Assembly (NCBI GenBank): GCA_965221695.1 | Contig: OZ244905.1 | Span: 2,592,001 to 2,656,000, forward strand | Length of the DNA: 64,000 nucleotides | DNA from: Gammaproteobacteria bacterium | Lineage (GTDB): Bacteria; Pseudomonadota; Gammaproteobacteria; Eutrophobiales; Eutrophobiaceae | Direction: 5' to 3' | Shown: positions 18,663-27,765 of the stretch, in pieces | How the letters are laid out: every line of letters begins with the position of its first letter | Numbering within the stretch: position 1 is the first letter of the stretch | Notes under the pieces: generated by a model | What the model was told of the DNA's origin: nothing | Seen by the model: only the letters and a program-made list of their open reading frames with translations | Database searches by the model: none | Made by a program: the position numbers and the translations under genes

Positions 18663-18824
18663 TTGGTCAATAAACCATCTCCACCGTCTTCTCGTCCCCT
18701 GCTTACACCATGCTGGGGCAGCTTTCACGGGCATGGTGCAGCGCACTGGCAAGTCAAAAATATTTATACAAATCACGCAGAAAATGTCTTGCCTCGCCTA
18801 GCAACTTCAGGTTAACTTGAACAA

Positions 18825-19451
18825 ATGAATGAAACACCAAGCGCAGGCATTGTTTATGTCTTGACCAATCCTGCCATGCCGGGTCTGGTCAAGATTGGGA
18901 GAACCGCACGCGACAGCATGAATGCCAGGTTGAATGAACTGTACTCCACAGGCGTGCCGGTCCCGTTTGAATGTGTTTTTGCCGCTCGGGTTAATGATGA
19001 GGCAAAGGTTGAAAGCGCATTTCATCGCGCATTCGGGCCATATCGACTGAATCCCAGGCGGGAGTTCTTTGACATTGAACCGGAGCAGGCGATTGCATTG
19101 CTTGAGTTGATGGCCGACGAAAATGTTACGCCAGACCTCCAGCGGGAGGCGGACGCCGTTGATACGGAGGCCAGGGATGCGTCGAACAAACTCAATGCTC
19201 GCCGTCCGAGTCTGAATTTTTTGGAAATGGGCATTCCGGTTGGTTCTGATCTACAGTTTTATAAACCGCCGCATGAAACCGTTCTGGTTGTTTCTGAGCG
19301 CAAGGTTGAATTCAGGGGAGAGTCAACCTCATTGACGGCGGCCACCAGAGAGTTGCTGGGTACCGATAATCCAGTTAATCCAACGCGGTACTGGGTCTAC
19401 CGGGGTCGGAATCTGCGCGACATTTACATTGAGACATACGATGCGCTTTGA
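18825..19451 (+). CDS. GIY-YIG nuclease (T5orf172-type) with a small C-terminal DNA-binding-like domain
   Basis: 'GIVYVLTNPAMPGLVKIGRT', 'TGVPVPF', 'REFF'. Confidence 0.85.
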   Translation: MNETPSAGIVYVLTNPAMPGLVKIGRTARDSMNARLNELYSTGVPVPFECVFAARVNDEAKVESAFHRAFGPYRLNPRREFFDIEPEQAIALLELMADENVTPDLQREADAVDTEARDASNKLNARRPSLNFLEMGIPVGSDLQFYKPPHETVLVVSERKVEFRGESTSLTAATRELLGTDNPVNPTRYWVYRGRNLRDIYIETYDAL

Positions 19452-19808
19452 GATTTTATTGTCAAGGCCGATCGCAATACGTGTTTTCACCCGGGTTTAA
19501 ACTTGGGCATAACGATGTCGGGTATCCTTTATCCTGTCGGGAATTCAGGAGAGCGTATGATGATGCATTGCAGACGACCGAAAGTTGATAGAATATATGA
19601 AGAGTTCAAGATGATCTTCTGTATGAAAGAGTCTTGAGATAAGTTTAGCAGAGAGTTAAATTAAGAGATTTACAGCCAGGGCTAAGATATCGAGTTTCTT
19701 GAGAGTTCAGATAGCCACAAACCTGAATATAATGTGGCAGGATTGCGGAGGGATCAGGCGCTTGTATCTGGATAACGTAATACATGAGATGTTCGGGTTA
19801 TATTGATC

Positions 19809-20579
19809 ATGAGTCAACGCCGCCGTTATAAAAATCCACCCATAGAGGAGGCAATTTGTGAATTTCACTTCAGCCCCGGTCAGGAATGGGATTTAACTAT
19901 TCCTGGTAAACTACATACTGAATTGAGTGATAATTACACAGGTAAGCCTCAAGAGCACAAGGTGGTTCAGGTTGGATTGGAAACCCAAGATGGCAAGCCT
20001 CCCAATCTTCGGTATGGTGAAGGTCTGGCGAAGATTCAACTGTTGACAGAAGACGGCACGAGGATGATTGGAGTGGGTCCGGATGTCCTTAGTGTTCATA
20101 TTCTGCGTCCCTACCAAACTGCTATTGATTCTGAAGCAAGTGGTTGGGATGAGTTCTACCTGAGGATTCAGAGGGCAATTGAAGCATACTGGAAAGTGTC
20201 GGAGCCGAACGCTGTAAATCGTATCGGTATCAGGTACATAAACAAGATTGTGGTCCCACAGGAGATAGTTAAGATAGAGAACTACATAAAATGTGCCTTG
20301 CCGAATGTAAGTGGATTACCAGACCATGATAGCTTTATGAGTCGCGCTGAGTATAACTATCAAGACAATGTCCAATTGATAATTTTGCAGGGGTCAATTG
20401 AGACGCCTCCAAATCGTTCGGGCTTTCTTCTTGATCTCGATGTCATCTGGCAGGATGCTGAGCCGGTAAAACAAGAAGAAGCAATGACAAAAGTCAGTGA
20501 GTTACGTGAACGTGAAAGAGAAGCGTTTGAAGCCATAATTACAGATCAGGCCAGGGACCTTTTTGATGCATCTGACTGA
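19809..20579 (+). CDS. TIGR04255-family protein
   Basis: 'YKNPPIEEAICEFHF', 'RIGIRYINKI', 'FLLDLDV', 'FEAIIT' match the family pattern as I recall it. Confidence 0.82.
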   Translation: MSQRRRYKNPPIEEAICEFHFSPGQEWDLTIPGKLHTELSDNYTGKPQEHKVVQVGLETQDGKPPNLRYGEGLAKIQLLTEDGTRMIGVGPDVLSVHILRPYQTAIDSEASGWDEFYLRIQRAIEAYWKVSEPNAVNRIGIRYINKIVVPQEIVKIENYIKCALPNVSGLPDHDSFMSRAEYNYQDNVQLIILQGSIETPPNRSGFLLDLDVIWQDAEPVKQEEAMTKVSELREREREAFEAIITDQARDLFDASD

Positions 20580-21294
20580 AAGTCAACCAACTCAGCGCTA
20601 CGCACTCTCGAAGATAATTCCGAAGGCATTTATTGCAAACGGTCAGCCGGAGATCTTTTCTGGTAATTCTAGTTGGGTACCCATGACTAAAGGCTCATTC
20701 GCGGTCTCTTCAAATGCCGCGTCAGCGCAAAAAAGAATGAAGGAACTTGAAACTCAATTACTATCCTGTGAAACGTACAGGACGCTAATTGATTCGCCTA
20801 TCGTTGCAGGCCTGTTTCAAATGCATTTGAATTTACCCGCATTTGAAGAAACATGGGACCAGGGTTCGTTTATTAATGAAAAAGAACGAGCCCAACTTGA
20901 AAACAGGTTGCTGACAACCTTTGAAGCTGAACCAGTTGAGGATGGCATAGATCATCCGGCTGATAATATTATCAGAGATTTATTGGAAACCGGAGAAAAC
21001 CAAAACATTCTCGACATGTTGCAGGCTTTTTCTTTGAATGAGTCGTATTCAAGTTTTGCAGCCTCAGTTCTGCGATGTTTAGGACGCCAACCTCATCTGG
21101 GGACTGTTGCCTGGCGCACAACTCTGGTGCGCGATGCTTTGTCCATAAACGATGTAGAGATAAGAGACGCCGCAATACAAGTGGCTGAGTTGTGGGCCGA
21201 TAGAGAAATGCGTCCTGTTTTGGAGCAACATACTGAATCGGAGCCGTGGCTTCGAGACTACATCAGCGATGTGTTAACTGATTTGGGCGACTAG
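20566..21294 (+). CDS. Hypothetical protein with an unstructured-looking N-terminus and a C-terminal HEAT-like helical domain
   Basis: Overlaps the upstream stop; 'EPVEDG', 'DVEIRDAAIQVAELW', 'EPWLRDYI'. Confidence 0.75.
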   Translation: MHLTESQPTQRYALSKIIPKAFIANGQPEIFSGNSSWVPMTKGSFAVSSNAASAQKRMKELETQLLSCETYRTLIDSPIVAGLFQMHLNLPAFEETWDQGSFINEKERAQLENRLLTTFEAEPVEDGIDHPADNIIRDLLETGENQNILDMLQAFSLNESYSSFAASVLRCLGRQPHLGTVAWRTTLVRDALSINDVEIRDAAIQVAELWADREMRPVLEQHTESEPWLRDYISDVLTDLGD

Positions 21295-21298
21295 ATGT

Positions 21299-21814
21299 AT
21301 GTTTCTTGCACGGAAGATTACGCGCGCCAAGTGGGAGTCCAAGCCTGGTTTATCCGAGGATGAAATCTCTGCAGATGCAATTACCAGCGACCTAAGGACA
21401 CAAAATAACACTCTATCCTTCTGGCGATGCGATATTGCGGAACAGAATAAACTCGAAGAGGCAGCGCTAGCTATAGCTGCAGGACGTGATTCGATTGACA
21501 GGCTTGATATTGTTTGGTTGGCTGATGATGATTTACGGGAAGATGGTCAAACTCTCGAGAACACTGAAGGGCGTACACCTGCCATTGAACTGTCCAAGCG
21601 ACATGTTGATGTATGCAGACTCGATTATCTCAGACTTGGTAAAATTGCTTATTGCATTGTTAAAGCTTTGAAAGAAAACCGCTATCAACGGCTAACAAAA
21701 AACCATGTTAGAAAACTCCTGACATCAGCTGTGGGACAAGGACGCATCGACATTAATGATCTTGGGGTTAAAGTTAAAAAAGAATTACTGGAATTCCTTC
21801 AGAGAGAAAAATAA
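21299..21814 (+). CDS. Hypothetical protein, possible ADP-ribosyltransferase-like toxin
   Basis: Starts 4 nt after the upstream stop. R5 ('LARKI'), S40 ('NTLSFW') and H102 ('HVDV') are spaced like an ART fold. The ORF is well supported; the ART call is inference. Confidence 0.7.
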   Translation: MFLARKITRAKWESKPGLSEDEISADAITSDLRTQNNTLSFWRCDIAEQNKLEEAALAIAAGRDSIDRLDIVWLADDDLREDGQTLENTEGRTPAIELSKRHVDVCRLDYLRLGKIAYCIVKALKENRYQRLTKNHVRKLLTSAVGQGRIDINDLGVKVKKELLEFLQREK

Positions 21815-21838
21815 CGGCAAATTTATGACACATCCGGC

Positions 21839-23182
21839 TTAATCAGCCCCCAGTCTCATATCCTCCCGACCCTCCCACAACGCCCGCCAGTGGTTGACCA
21901 TGTAAAATGGTATGGACAGTACCGGCTTTTCATATTGCAGTGGCGCGGTTGATATTTTAATTCCCCATTCCTGGTGTTTTTCCTGGAGAAACAGGTGCAG
22001 ACTTTTCAGTCTGCCGGTTTTTCCCGCTTTTACTTCTACCGGTACCAGGTCGGTATCGGACTGGCAGACATAATCAATCTCGGCGCTGCTGTTTTTGGCC
22101 TCCCTGGCCCAATAATACAGCGCCGGTTTGTCGAAACAGTCCTGGCTGGCGATGAGTTCCTGTCCTACGAATTGTTCCATTAATGCCCCCCGGTAAATCT
22201 TCATAAGGTCTTTTTCCAGGATAATATCCGAAGCCAGGCCGCATAGATTTTGCATCAAGCCGACATCTAGAAACAGTACCTTGAAAAAACGTTCGTTGAT
22301 GTTTGCTCCGAGGGGCAAACCCTCCGCAGAGGATCTGATCACTTTGTGATAGACGCCGGCCAGCGCCAGTAAATCCAGAGCGTTTTTTGTATTTTTTGAC
22401 AGTTCGTCGGGGTCCACCCTGACGTATTTGAATTTGTGACCCACCTGTTGCACAGCGGATTGAAAGACCTTGCCGATGTGTTCCAATCGTCCGAATTTTA
22501 CATACTTGTTGAAATCATCCCGGTAGGTTTGCAGTAGTGAGGTCTGAATACGGCGACAGCGCTCATAACTGCCGGACTGCCGGTATTCTGCCACGACTTC
22601 CGGCATCCCGCCGATCAGCAGGTACTCTCTTACCCTGTTGAGCATCGCATTGTGAACAGCCGGTTCCGTGAACAAAGCCCGATCATGCGCAAGCGCTTCC
22701 ACTGCTGACTCCTGTCCTTGGGCAAGCAGAAATTCCTCAAAACTCATGGGCTTCATATGAAGGTATTGCACACGTCCCACCGGCATCGAAAACCCGCTTG
22801 CGTTCAAGGCTAACTCCAATAATGAACCTGCTGCAACCACATGAAGTTCCGGCGTTTGTTCATAAAAATAACGCAGGGCAGCAACAGCTTTGGGAAATGC
22901 CTGGATCTCGTCAATAAACAATAATGTTTTGCCGGGAACTACCTTTTGTCCAGTCAGTATTTCGACCTTGTTCAGTATCTCCTGAGGCTTCATGCTGTTG
23001 AATATCTCCGCAACCTGAGGCTCCGCTTCTAGATTGATAACGGCCATATCGGAGAATTCCTGTTTTCCGAACAGGCTCACGGAATAAGACTTGCCTACCT
23101 GGCGCGCGCCACGAATTAATAACGGCTTGCGTCGGGAATCATTTCGCCAACCTCGCAGCACAGCATCAATAGAACGCTTCAT
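21839..23182 (-). CDS. AAA-family ATPase with a DUF4143 / PD-(D/E)xK C-terminus
   Basis: Walker A 'GARQVGKS', Walker B 'LFIDEIQ', 'GGMPE', 'EIDYV...PVEVKAG'. Confidence 0.92.
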   Translation of the reverse strand: MKRSIDAVLRGWRNDSRRKPLLIRGARQVGKSYSVSLFGKQEFSDMAVINLEAEPQVAEIFNSMKPQEILNKVEILTGQKVVPGKTLLFIDEIQAFPKAVAALRYFYEQTPELHVVAAGSLLELALNASGFSMPVGRVQYLHMKPMSFEEFLLAQGQESAVEALAHDRALFTEPAVHNAMLNRVREYLLIGGMPEVVAEYRQSGSYERCRRIQTSLLQTYRDDFNKYVKFGRLEHIGKVFQSAVQQVGHKFKYVRVDPDELSKNTKNALDLLALAGVYHKVIRSSAEGLPLGANINERFFKVLFLDVGLMQNLCGLASDIILEKDLMKIYRGALMEQFVGQELIASQDCFDKPALYYWAREAKNSSAEIDYVCQSDTDLVPVEVKAGKTGRLKSLHLFLQEKHQEWGIKISTAPLQYEKPVLSIPFYMVNHWRALWEGREDMRLGAD

Positions 23183-23232
23183 GGTTGGTGTCACCGGAAA
23201 TGAAAAAGGCAATATACTGCTGAGCAGTCAAA

Positions 23233-23285
23233 AATACAAGGTATAAAAAGAGTTTTAGAGACTGTAATACAAGGTAATAAAAGAG
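23233..23285. promoter_or_regulatory. Imperfect 20-bp direct repeat upstream of the AAA ATPase (candidate operator)
   Basis: aatacaaggtataaaaagag (23233) and aatacaaggtaataaaagag (23266), starts 33 bp apart. Confidence 0.5.
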
Positions 23286-23390
23286 AGGAATTTTCGAAAA
23301 TACCGTACTGGAACAGATTTATCTGCATGAGCATGGCCGCGTCCGGGCAGAAATCCGGGCTCAAGAATTTGAGCTCAAACCAGAAATTCC

Positions 23391-25784
23391 TTATATCTTA
23401 CCCAACGCCCTCAATATTCTCTCCGGTGTGAACGGTTGTTCGGTCACCTCGGCGCCGAAGGGTTCCAGCGCGTCATTAATTCCGTTCATGATGGCGCCAC
23501 AGACCGCGATGATACCGGCTTCGCCGCAGCCTTTTGCGCCCAGTTGTGTCGCTTGGGTGGGTGTTTCGATATGGCCGACTTCGATGTCAGGCATCTCCCC
23601 GGCCATGGGCAGCAGGTACTCAAACATGTTGCCGTTCAACAACTGTCCGCTTTCATCGTAAACGCACTCTTCGTACAGGCTGGAACCGATGCCCTGAACA
23701 ATGCTGCCGCGCAACTGTTCCACCACCAGTTTCTCGTTGACGATGCGGCCGCAATCGTCCACCGCCCACACTTTGTGCAGCGTGACCAGGCCGGTATTCA
23801 CGTCCACTTCCAAGGACACACCGAGAGCGCAATTGGCATACACCATGAGTTGCTGGCGTTGGCTGTAATGGCGGGTCACGATTAGTTCCGGCTCAAATTC
23901 AGCCGGTAGCGTGTGCGTATTGAAATGGACTGTATTACCAATCTGCGCCAGGGACGAAACCTTCCCGTTTGTCTCCAGGTTGATGATGTCGCCGTTGCAT
24001 ATGGTGAGTATATCCGCCGGCTGTTCGAGGACTGCCGCGGCCACTTCCAGTATTTTCTCCCGCATCTCTGTCGCCGCCAGCAGGCATGCCTCGCCGGCGA
24101 TGGCTGTGCCCCGGGAAGCCCAGGTGCCGCCGCCGAACGGGGTGGTAGCGGTGTCGCCCATGACGACATTGATATCATCCCGCGACATACCCAGGACCGA
24201 GGACACGATGGATGTCACCACAGCCTCGCCGCCTTGACCCTGGTCGGTCAGGCCCGTGGCGCAGGAGATGTTGCCATCCGCCTCCAGGCGCAGAGTACAG
24301 GCGTCCCTCGAACTGATCGGCGCGCCGCCTGCGGCGTACAGGGCCGGGCTGGGCGAGGTGCCCTCTACCACGGTTGTCAAGCCGATACCCCGGTAAATGT
24401 CTTGCTTGCGATCCGCATCGCGTTGCCGGCACAATCCGCGGTAATCCATCATGCCCAGCAGCTTGTCCAAGGAGGCCTGCTGGGAGAGACACTCCAGATA
24501 CTCGCCGGAGATGCCGGTAACCGGGTAGGCGTCATCCTTGAATAGATTGCGTTTCCTGATCTCTGCCTTATCCAGTCCGATCGTCCTGGCGGCTGCATCG
24601 ACCATGCCTTCCGCCACCAGACTGGCAACCGGCATGCCTACGCCACGGTATTGGCCGGTACTGACTTTGTTCTGGTAGACCAGCGCCGCGCGGGCGCGGT
24701 ACTGTTTCAGGTCATAGGCCAGGGGCGTGCAAATGGCGACCAGCAGGGGTTCGATTACACTGGTGCGGGGATGGATCAGATAAGGCCCGGCCCCGGCCAG
24801 GTCGTCCACTTCCAGGGCTTGGATGGCTCCGTCTGTATTGACTCCCATCCTGGCTTTTACCCTGTGCCCCCGGGCGTGGATGTCGGACACGAACGATTCC
24901 AACCGGTCGGCAACGAACTTCACCGGCCGGCCAATCAACATGCTGATCGCGGCAGTGGCTATTTCGTCGGAGTAAACATGGAGTTTCAGGCCGAAACCGC
25001 CGCCGATATCCGGACAGATGATGCGCACATTTGCTTCTTTAAGGCCCAGTTGCCGGGCATAGATATAGCGTTGGATGTGGGGAACCTGGCTGGTGAGGTA
25101 CAGAGTCAGGTGGCGTCTGGCTGGATCATAATCGGCGATGGCGCCACGGGGTTCCAAGGTGACACCGGTTTGCCGGTTCACCTCGAATGTTCTCTCTATA
25201 ACCACATCAGACCCGGCTATGGCTTTATCCACTCCATCCGAATCGATGTTGATGGACCAGGCAAGATTCGTCTTAAGTTCAGGATGGACCAAGGGCGCAT
25301 CCGGTCTGAGCGCGGTTTCCGGGTCTGTGACCGCCGGCAATTCTGTGTAATCTACCTCGACCTGTTCCGCCGCATCTTCGGCAATAGCTCGTGAGCTCGC
25401 AACGACTGCCGCTACCGGCTCGCCTTGCCATCGAACCACATCCGTGGGCATGGCCGCTTGCGGCGCGCTGTTCATTTCCCCCAGGTTGGTCAGCCGCGCG
25501 TGCCAGGGGCGGCACACCCGCGCCAGTTCCCTGCCAGTGAAAACATGGTTGACTCCGCTTATCTTCAGCGCTGCCGCGGTATCGATGCCGACAATTTTTG
25601 CATGGGCGTAGGGACTGCGCACAAAACTGATATGCAGCATGCCGTTGACCGAGATATCGTCCAGGTAGCGTCCTCGACCCTGGACGAACTTGCGCGCTTC
25701 CGGTCTGGCAATATCCGGATCAACTTCGCGCCCCCCAGGTCTGGCGGCGTCAGGATCAATGCTGCGCGGGTCAGGCACCAGCAA
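23391..25784 (-). CDS. Molybdenum hydroxylase (XDH/CoxL-like) large subunit 1
   Basis: 'GGGFGLK', active-site loop 'GQYRGVG', 'AKGCGEAG'. Confidence 0.92.
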   Translation of the reverse strand: MLVPDPRSIDPDAARPGGREVDPDIARPEARKFVQGRGRYLDDISVNGMLHISFVRSPYAHAKIVGIDTAAALKISGVNHVFTGRELARVCRPWHARLTNLGEMNSAPQAAMPTDVVRWQGEPVAAVVASSRAIAEDAAEQVEVDYTELPAVTDPETALRPDAPLVHPELKTNLAWSINIDSDGVDKAIAGSDVVIERTFEVNRQTGVTLEPRGAIADYDPARRHLTLYLTSQVPHIQRYIYARQLGLKEANVRIICPDIGGGFGLKLHVYSDEIATAAISMLIGRPVKFVADRLESFVSDIHARGHRVKARMGVNTDGAIQALEVDDLAGAGPYLIHPRTSVIEPLLVAICTPLAYDLKQYRARAALVYQNKVSTGQYRGVGMPVASLVAEGMVDAAARTIGLDKAEIRKRNLFKDDAYPVTGISGEYLECLSQQASLDKLLGMMDYRGLCRQRDADRKQDIYRGIGLTTVVEGTSPSPALYAAGGAPISSRDACTLRLEADGNISCATGLTDQGQGGEAVVTSIVSSVLGMSRDDINVVMGDTATTPFGGGTWASRGTAIAGEACLLAATEMREKILEVAAAVLEQPADILTICNGDIINLETNGKVSSLAQIGNTVHFNTHTLPAEFEPELIVTRHYSQRQQLMVYANCALGVSLEVDVNTGLVTLHKVWAVDDCGRIVNEKLVVEQLRGSIVQGIGSSLYEECVYDESGQLLNGNMFEYLLPMAGEMPDIEVGHIETPTQATQLGAKGCGEAGIIAVCGAIMNGINDALEPFGAEVTEQPFTPERILRALGKI

Positions 25785-26247
25785 CCTCCGCGATCGCGTC
25801 GATGATGGCGTGATAGCCAGTGCAGCGGCAGTAGTTGCCGGACAGGAACTCCCGGATCGCGGCCCGGTCTGTGCCGCCGCCGTTGGCCAGGTATTCCGCT
25901 GCGGTGATCAACATGCCGGGCGTGCAGAATCCGCACTGCGCGGCATTGTGCTTGAGAAATGCTGCCTGCAGCGCAGCCAGTTCGCCGCTCCCGGTCATGC
26001 CTTCTATGGTGTCCACGCGCTGACCATGGGCCTGGGCCGCCAGGGTCAGACAGGAGCGGGCAATGCGCCCGTCAAGGCTGACCGTGCAGGCGCCACAGAT
26101 GCCCTGTTCGCAGCCGACATGGGCGCCAGTCAGTCCTACACGGTGACGCAGAAAATCTGCCAGACTTTCCCGCGCCGGCGCATCGGCCTCGACCAGTTCG
26201 CCGTTGACCGTCACGGACACAAAAAAATGTGGCTCTTTATCTTTCAT
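25771..26247 (-). CDS. (2Fe-2S) small subunit (CoxS-like)
   Basis: 'GCEQGICGAC', 'QCGFCTPG', 'CRCTGY'. Confidence 0.93.
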   Translation of the reverse strand: MKDKEPHFFVSVTVNGELVEADAPARESLADFLRHRVGLTGAHVGCEQGICGACTVSLDGRIARSCLTLAAQAHGQRVDTIEGMTGSGELAALQAAFLKHNAAQCGFCTPGMLITAAEYLANGGGTDRAAIREFLSGNYCRCTGYHAIIDAIAEVAGA

Positions 26248-26251
26248 CAAG

Positions 26252-27112
26252 TCAGAGTTTTTCACGCAGCTCCTCAATAACTCCTCTCAGATAATGTTTT
26301 GCCAGATGTTGTTTCATCTCAGCGCTCATGTGCGTGTCGCCGGCAATATCCACATCATCGGCCAGAACGGCGATGGCCTGTTCTATGCGTTCGTTCGTCA
26401 GTGGCGTGTTCACCAGGCGTTGCGCGACACCGGCGGCCAGCATGGGAGTGTTGGAGACGGCAAAAAACACCGGGCTGAACGAACTGAACTGACCGTCTTC
26501 AAGCTCCGCATTAACAGCCAGCCCGGTAGAGGCAAAGTCGCCCTTGCGCCGCACAAACTCGCGGAAGGCGCAGACTGTCGTTTCTCTGGCGATAGGAAAA
26601 GCTATCGAGCTTAGCAATTCGTTTTCCCGCAGGTCTGTTTCATACAGGTCTCTGAAGTAATCACGAGCGCGAGTGTCTCTGGTTCCTTGCCTGTTCTGAA
26701 TAGTGATCATCGCATCCAGGGCGACACAACAGGCAGGCAGCTCCGAGGCCGGATCAGCCAGCGACACATTGCCGCCTAGAGTCCCCCGGTTGCGAATGGC
26801 GGCATGGGCCACATGCGTGATAGCTTTTGCCAACAGGGGAGTGTGTCTTGAAACCAGTTCCGACCGTTCGAGTTCCGCGTGCCGCGTTAGCGCGCCTACT
26901 CGCAACATGCCGTCCGTTAATGTAATCCCCTTCAGTTCATCCAGATCGTTGATGTCTATGAGCAGGTCGGGCGTTGACAGGCGCATATTAAGAGTGGGAT
27001 TCAGGCTCTGTCCTCCTGCAAGGATTTTGGCGGAACCTGCCTGATGTTCAAGCAACTCAAGGGCCTGGTCTACGGACTGCGCCCGGACATAGTTGAATTT
27101 AGCCGGTTTCAA
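26252..27112 (-). CDS. FAD-binding medium subunit (CoxM-like)
   Basis: 'MKPAKFNY', 'AGGQSL', 'IRNRGTLGGN'. Confidence 0.93.
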   Translation of the reverse strand: MKPAKFNYVRAQSVDQALELLEHQAGSAKILAGGQSLNPTLNMRLSTPDLLIDINDLDELKGITLTDGMLRVGALTRHAELERSELVSRHTPLLAKAITHVAHAAIRNRGTLGGNVSLADPASELPACCVALDAMITIQNRQGTRDTRARDYFRDLYETDLRENELLSSIAFPIARETTVCAFREFVRRKGDFASTGLAVNAELEDGQFSSFSPVFFAVSNTPMLAAGVAQRLVNTPLTNERIEQAIAVLADDVDIAGDTHMSAEMKQHLAKHYLRGVIEELREKL

Positions 27113-27171
27113 TGTGTGTATTTACCTTTCCATGTTGGCATCGTGAGGGGATATTCTTGTAAACGAATAGG

Positions 27172-27642
27172 TTAAACTCTTCCGTTGTTGTCCGCAGTTC
27201 CTTCAATTGCTTCGCATATGTTTCCAGCCAGCTTATCCCAGATGGCATCGGCTTTTTTCATCATCATGCCAGCTCCGTATTTGCCCAAGCGACCGGTGAT
27301 GGATGATTCCGAACTGCAATATACCTCGGTAGAGCCATCTTCATTAGGGGTCAGGCGGACGATATTGTGCGCCGTCAATATGCTGGCGCGGGTTCCTTCC
27401 TCGCCGCTGGTTCTGGAAATGATTTCCAGCGGCGGTGTCTCCTCAATGATCTCCAGGTTCAGGTTGAATTTTGCCGAGATAGGGCCAACTTTGACAACCA
27501 CATGGGCTTTGTAACGCGTCGCATCGACGGCTGTGATTGTCTTGCAGCCTGGTATGCATTGCGCCATTTTTTCCGGGTCTTTGGCAAAATCCCAGACTGC
27601 TTGCGGGGCTGCCCGAACGGTGAAAGTCTTTTCAACTTTCAT
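27172..27642 (-). CDS. coxG: CoxG-like SRPBCC protein
   Basis: 'CIPGC', 'VKVGPI', 'GRLGKYG'. Confidence 0.82.
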   Translation of the reverse strand: MKVEKTFTVRAAPQAVWDFAKDPEKMAQCIPGCKTITAVDATRYKAHVVVKVGPISAKFNLNLEIIEETPPLEIISRTSGEEGTRASILTAHNIVRLTPNEDGSTEVYCSSESSITGRLGKYGAGMMMKKADAIWDKLAGNICEAIEGTADNNGRV

Positions 27643-27696
27643 GAACGCGATTCTATACGCAGGTGACGCAGAGTTAACCGCGAATGGTATCTGACA

Positions 27697-27764
27697 CGGG
27701 CGAGACGCCCGCACCCCCATAAACGATTCCTCTGGAAACGGGAATCCAGTTGATTACGGGTCGC
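27697..27764. repeat. REP-like unit abutting a degenerate family R repeat
   Basis: cgggcgagacgcccgcacccc followed by attcctctggaaacgggaatccagt...gggtcgc. Confidence 0.6.
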
Positions 27765-27765
27765 T

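Noticed and set aside
19452-19800. AT-rich gap that might be a decayed gene
   Set aside because: No open frame or motif could be recognised.
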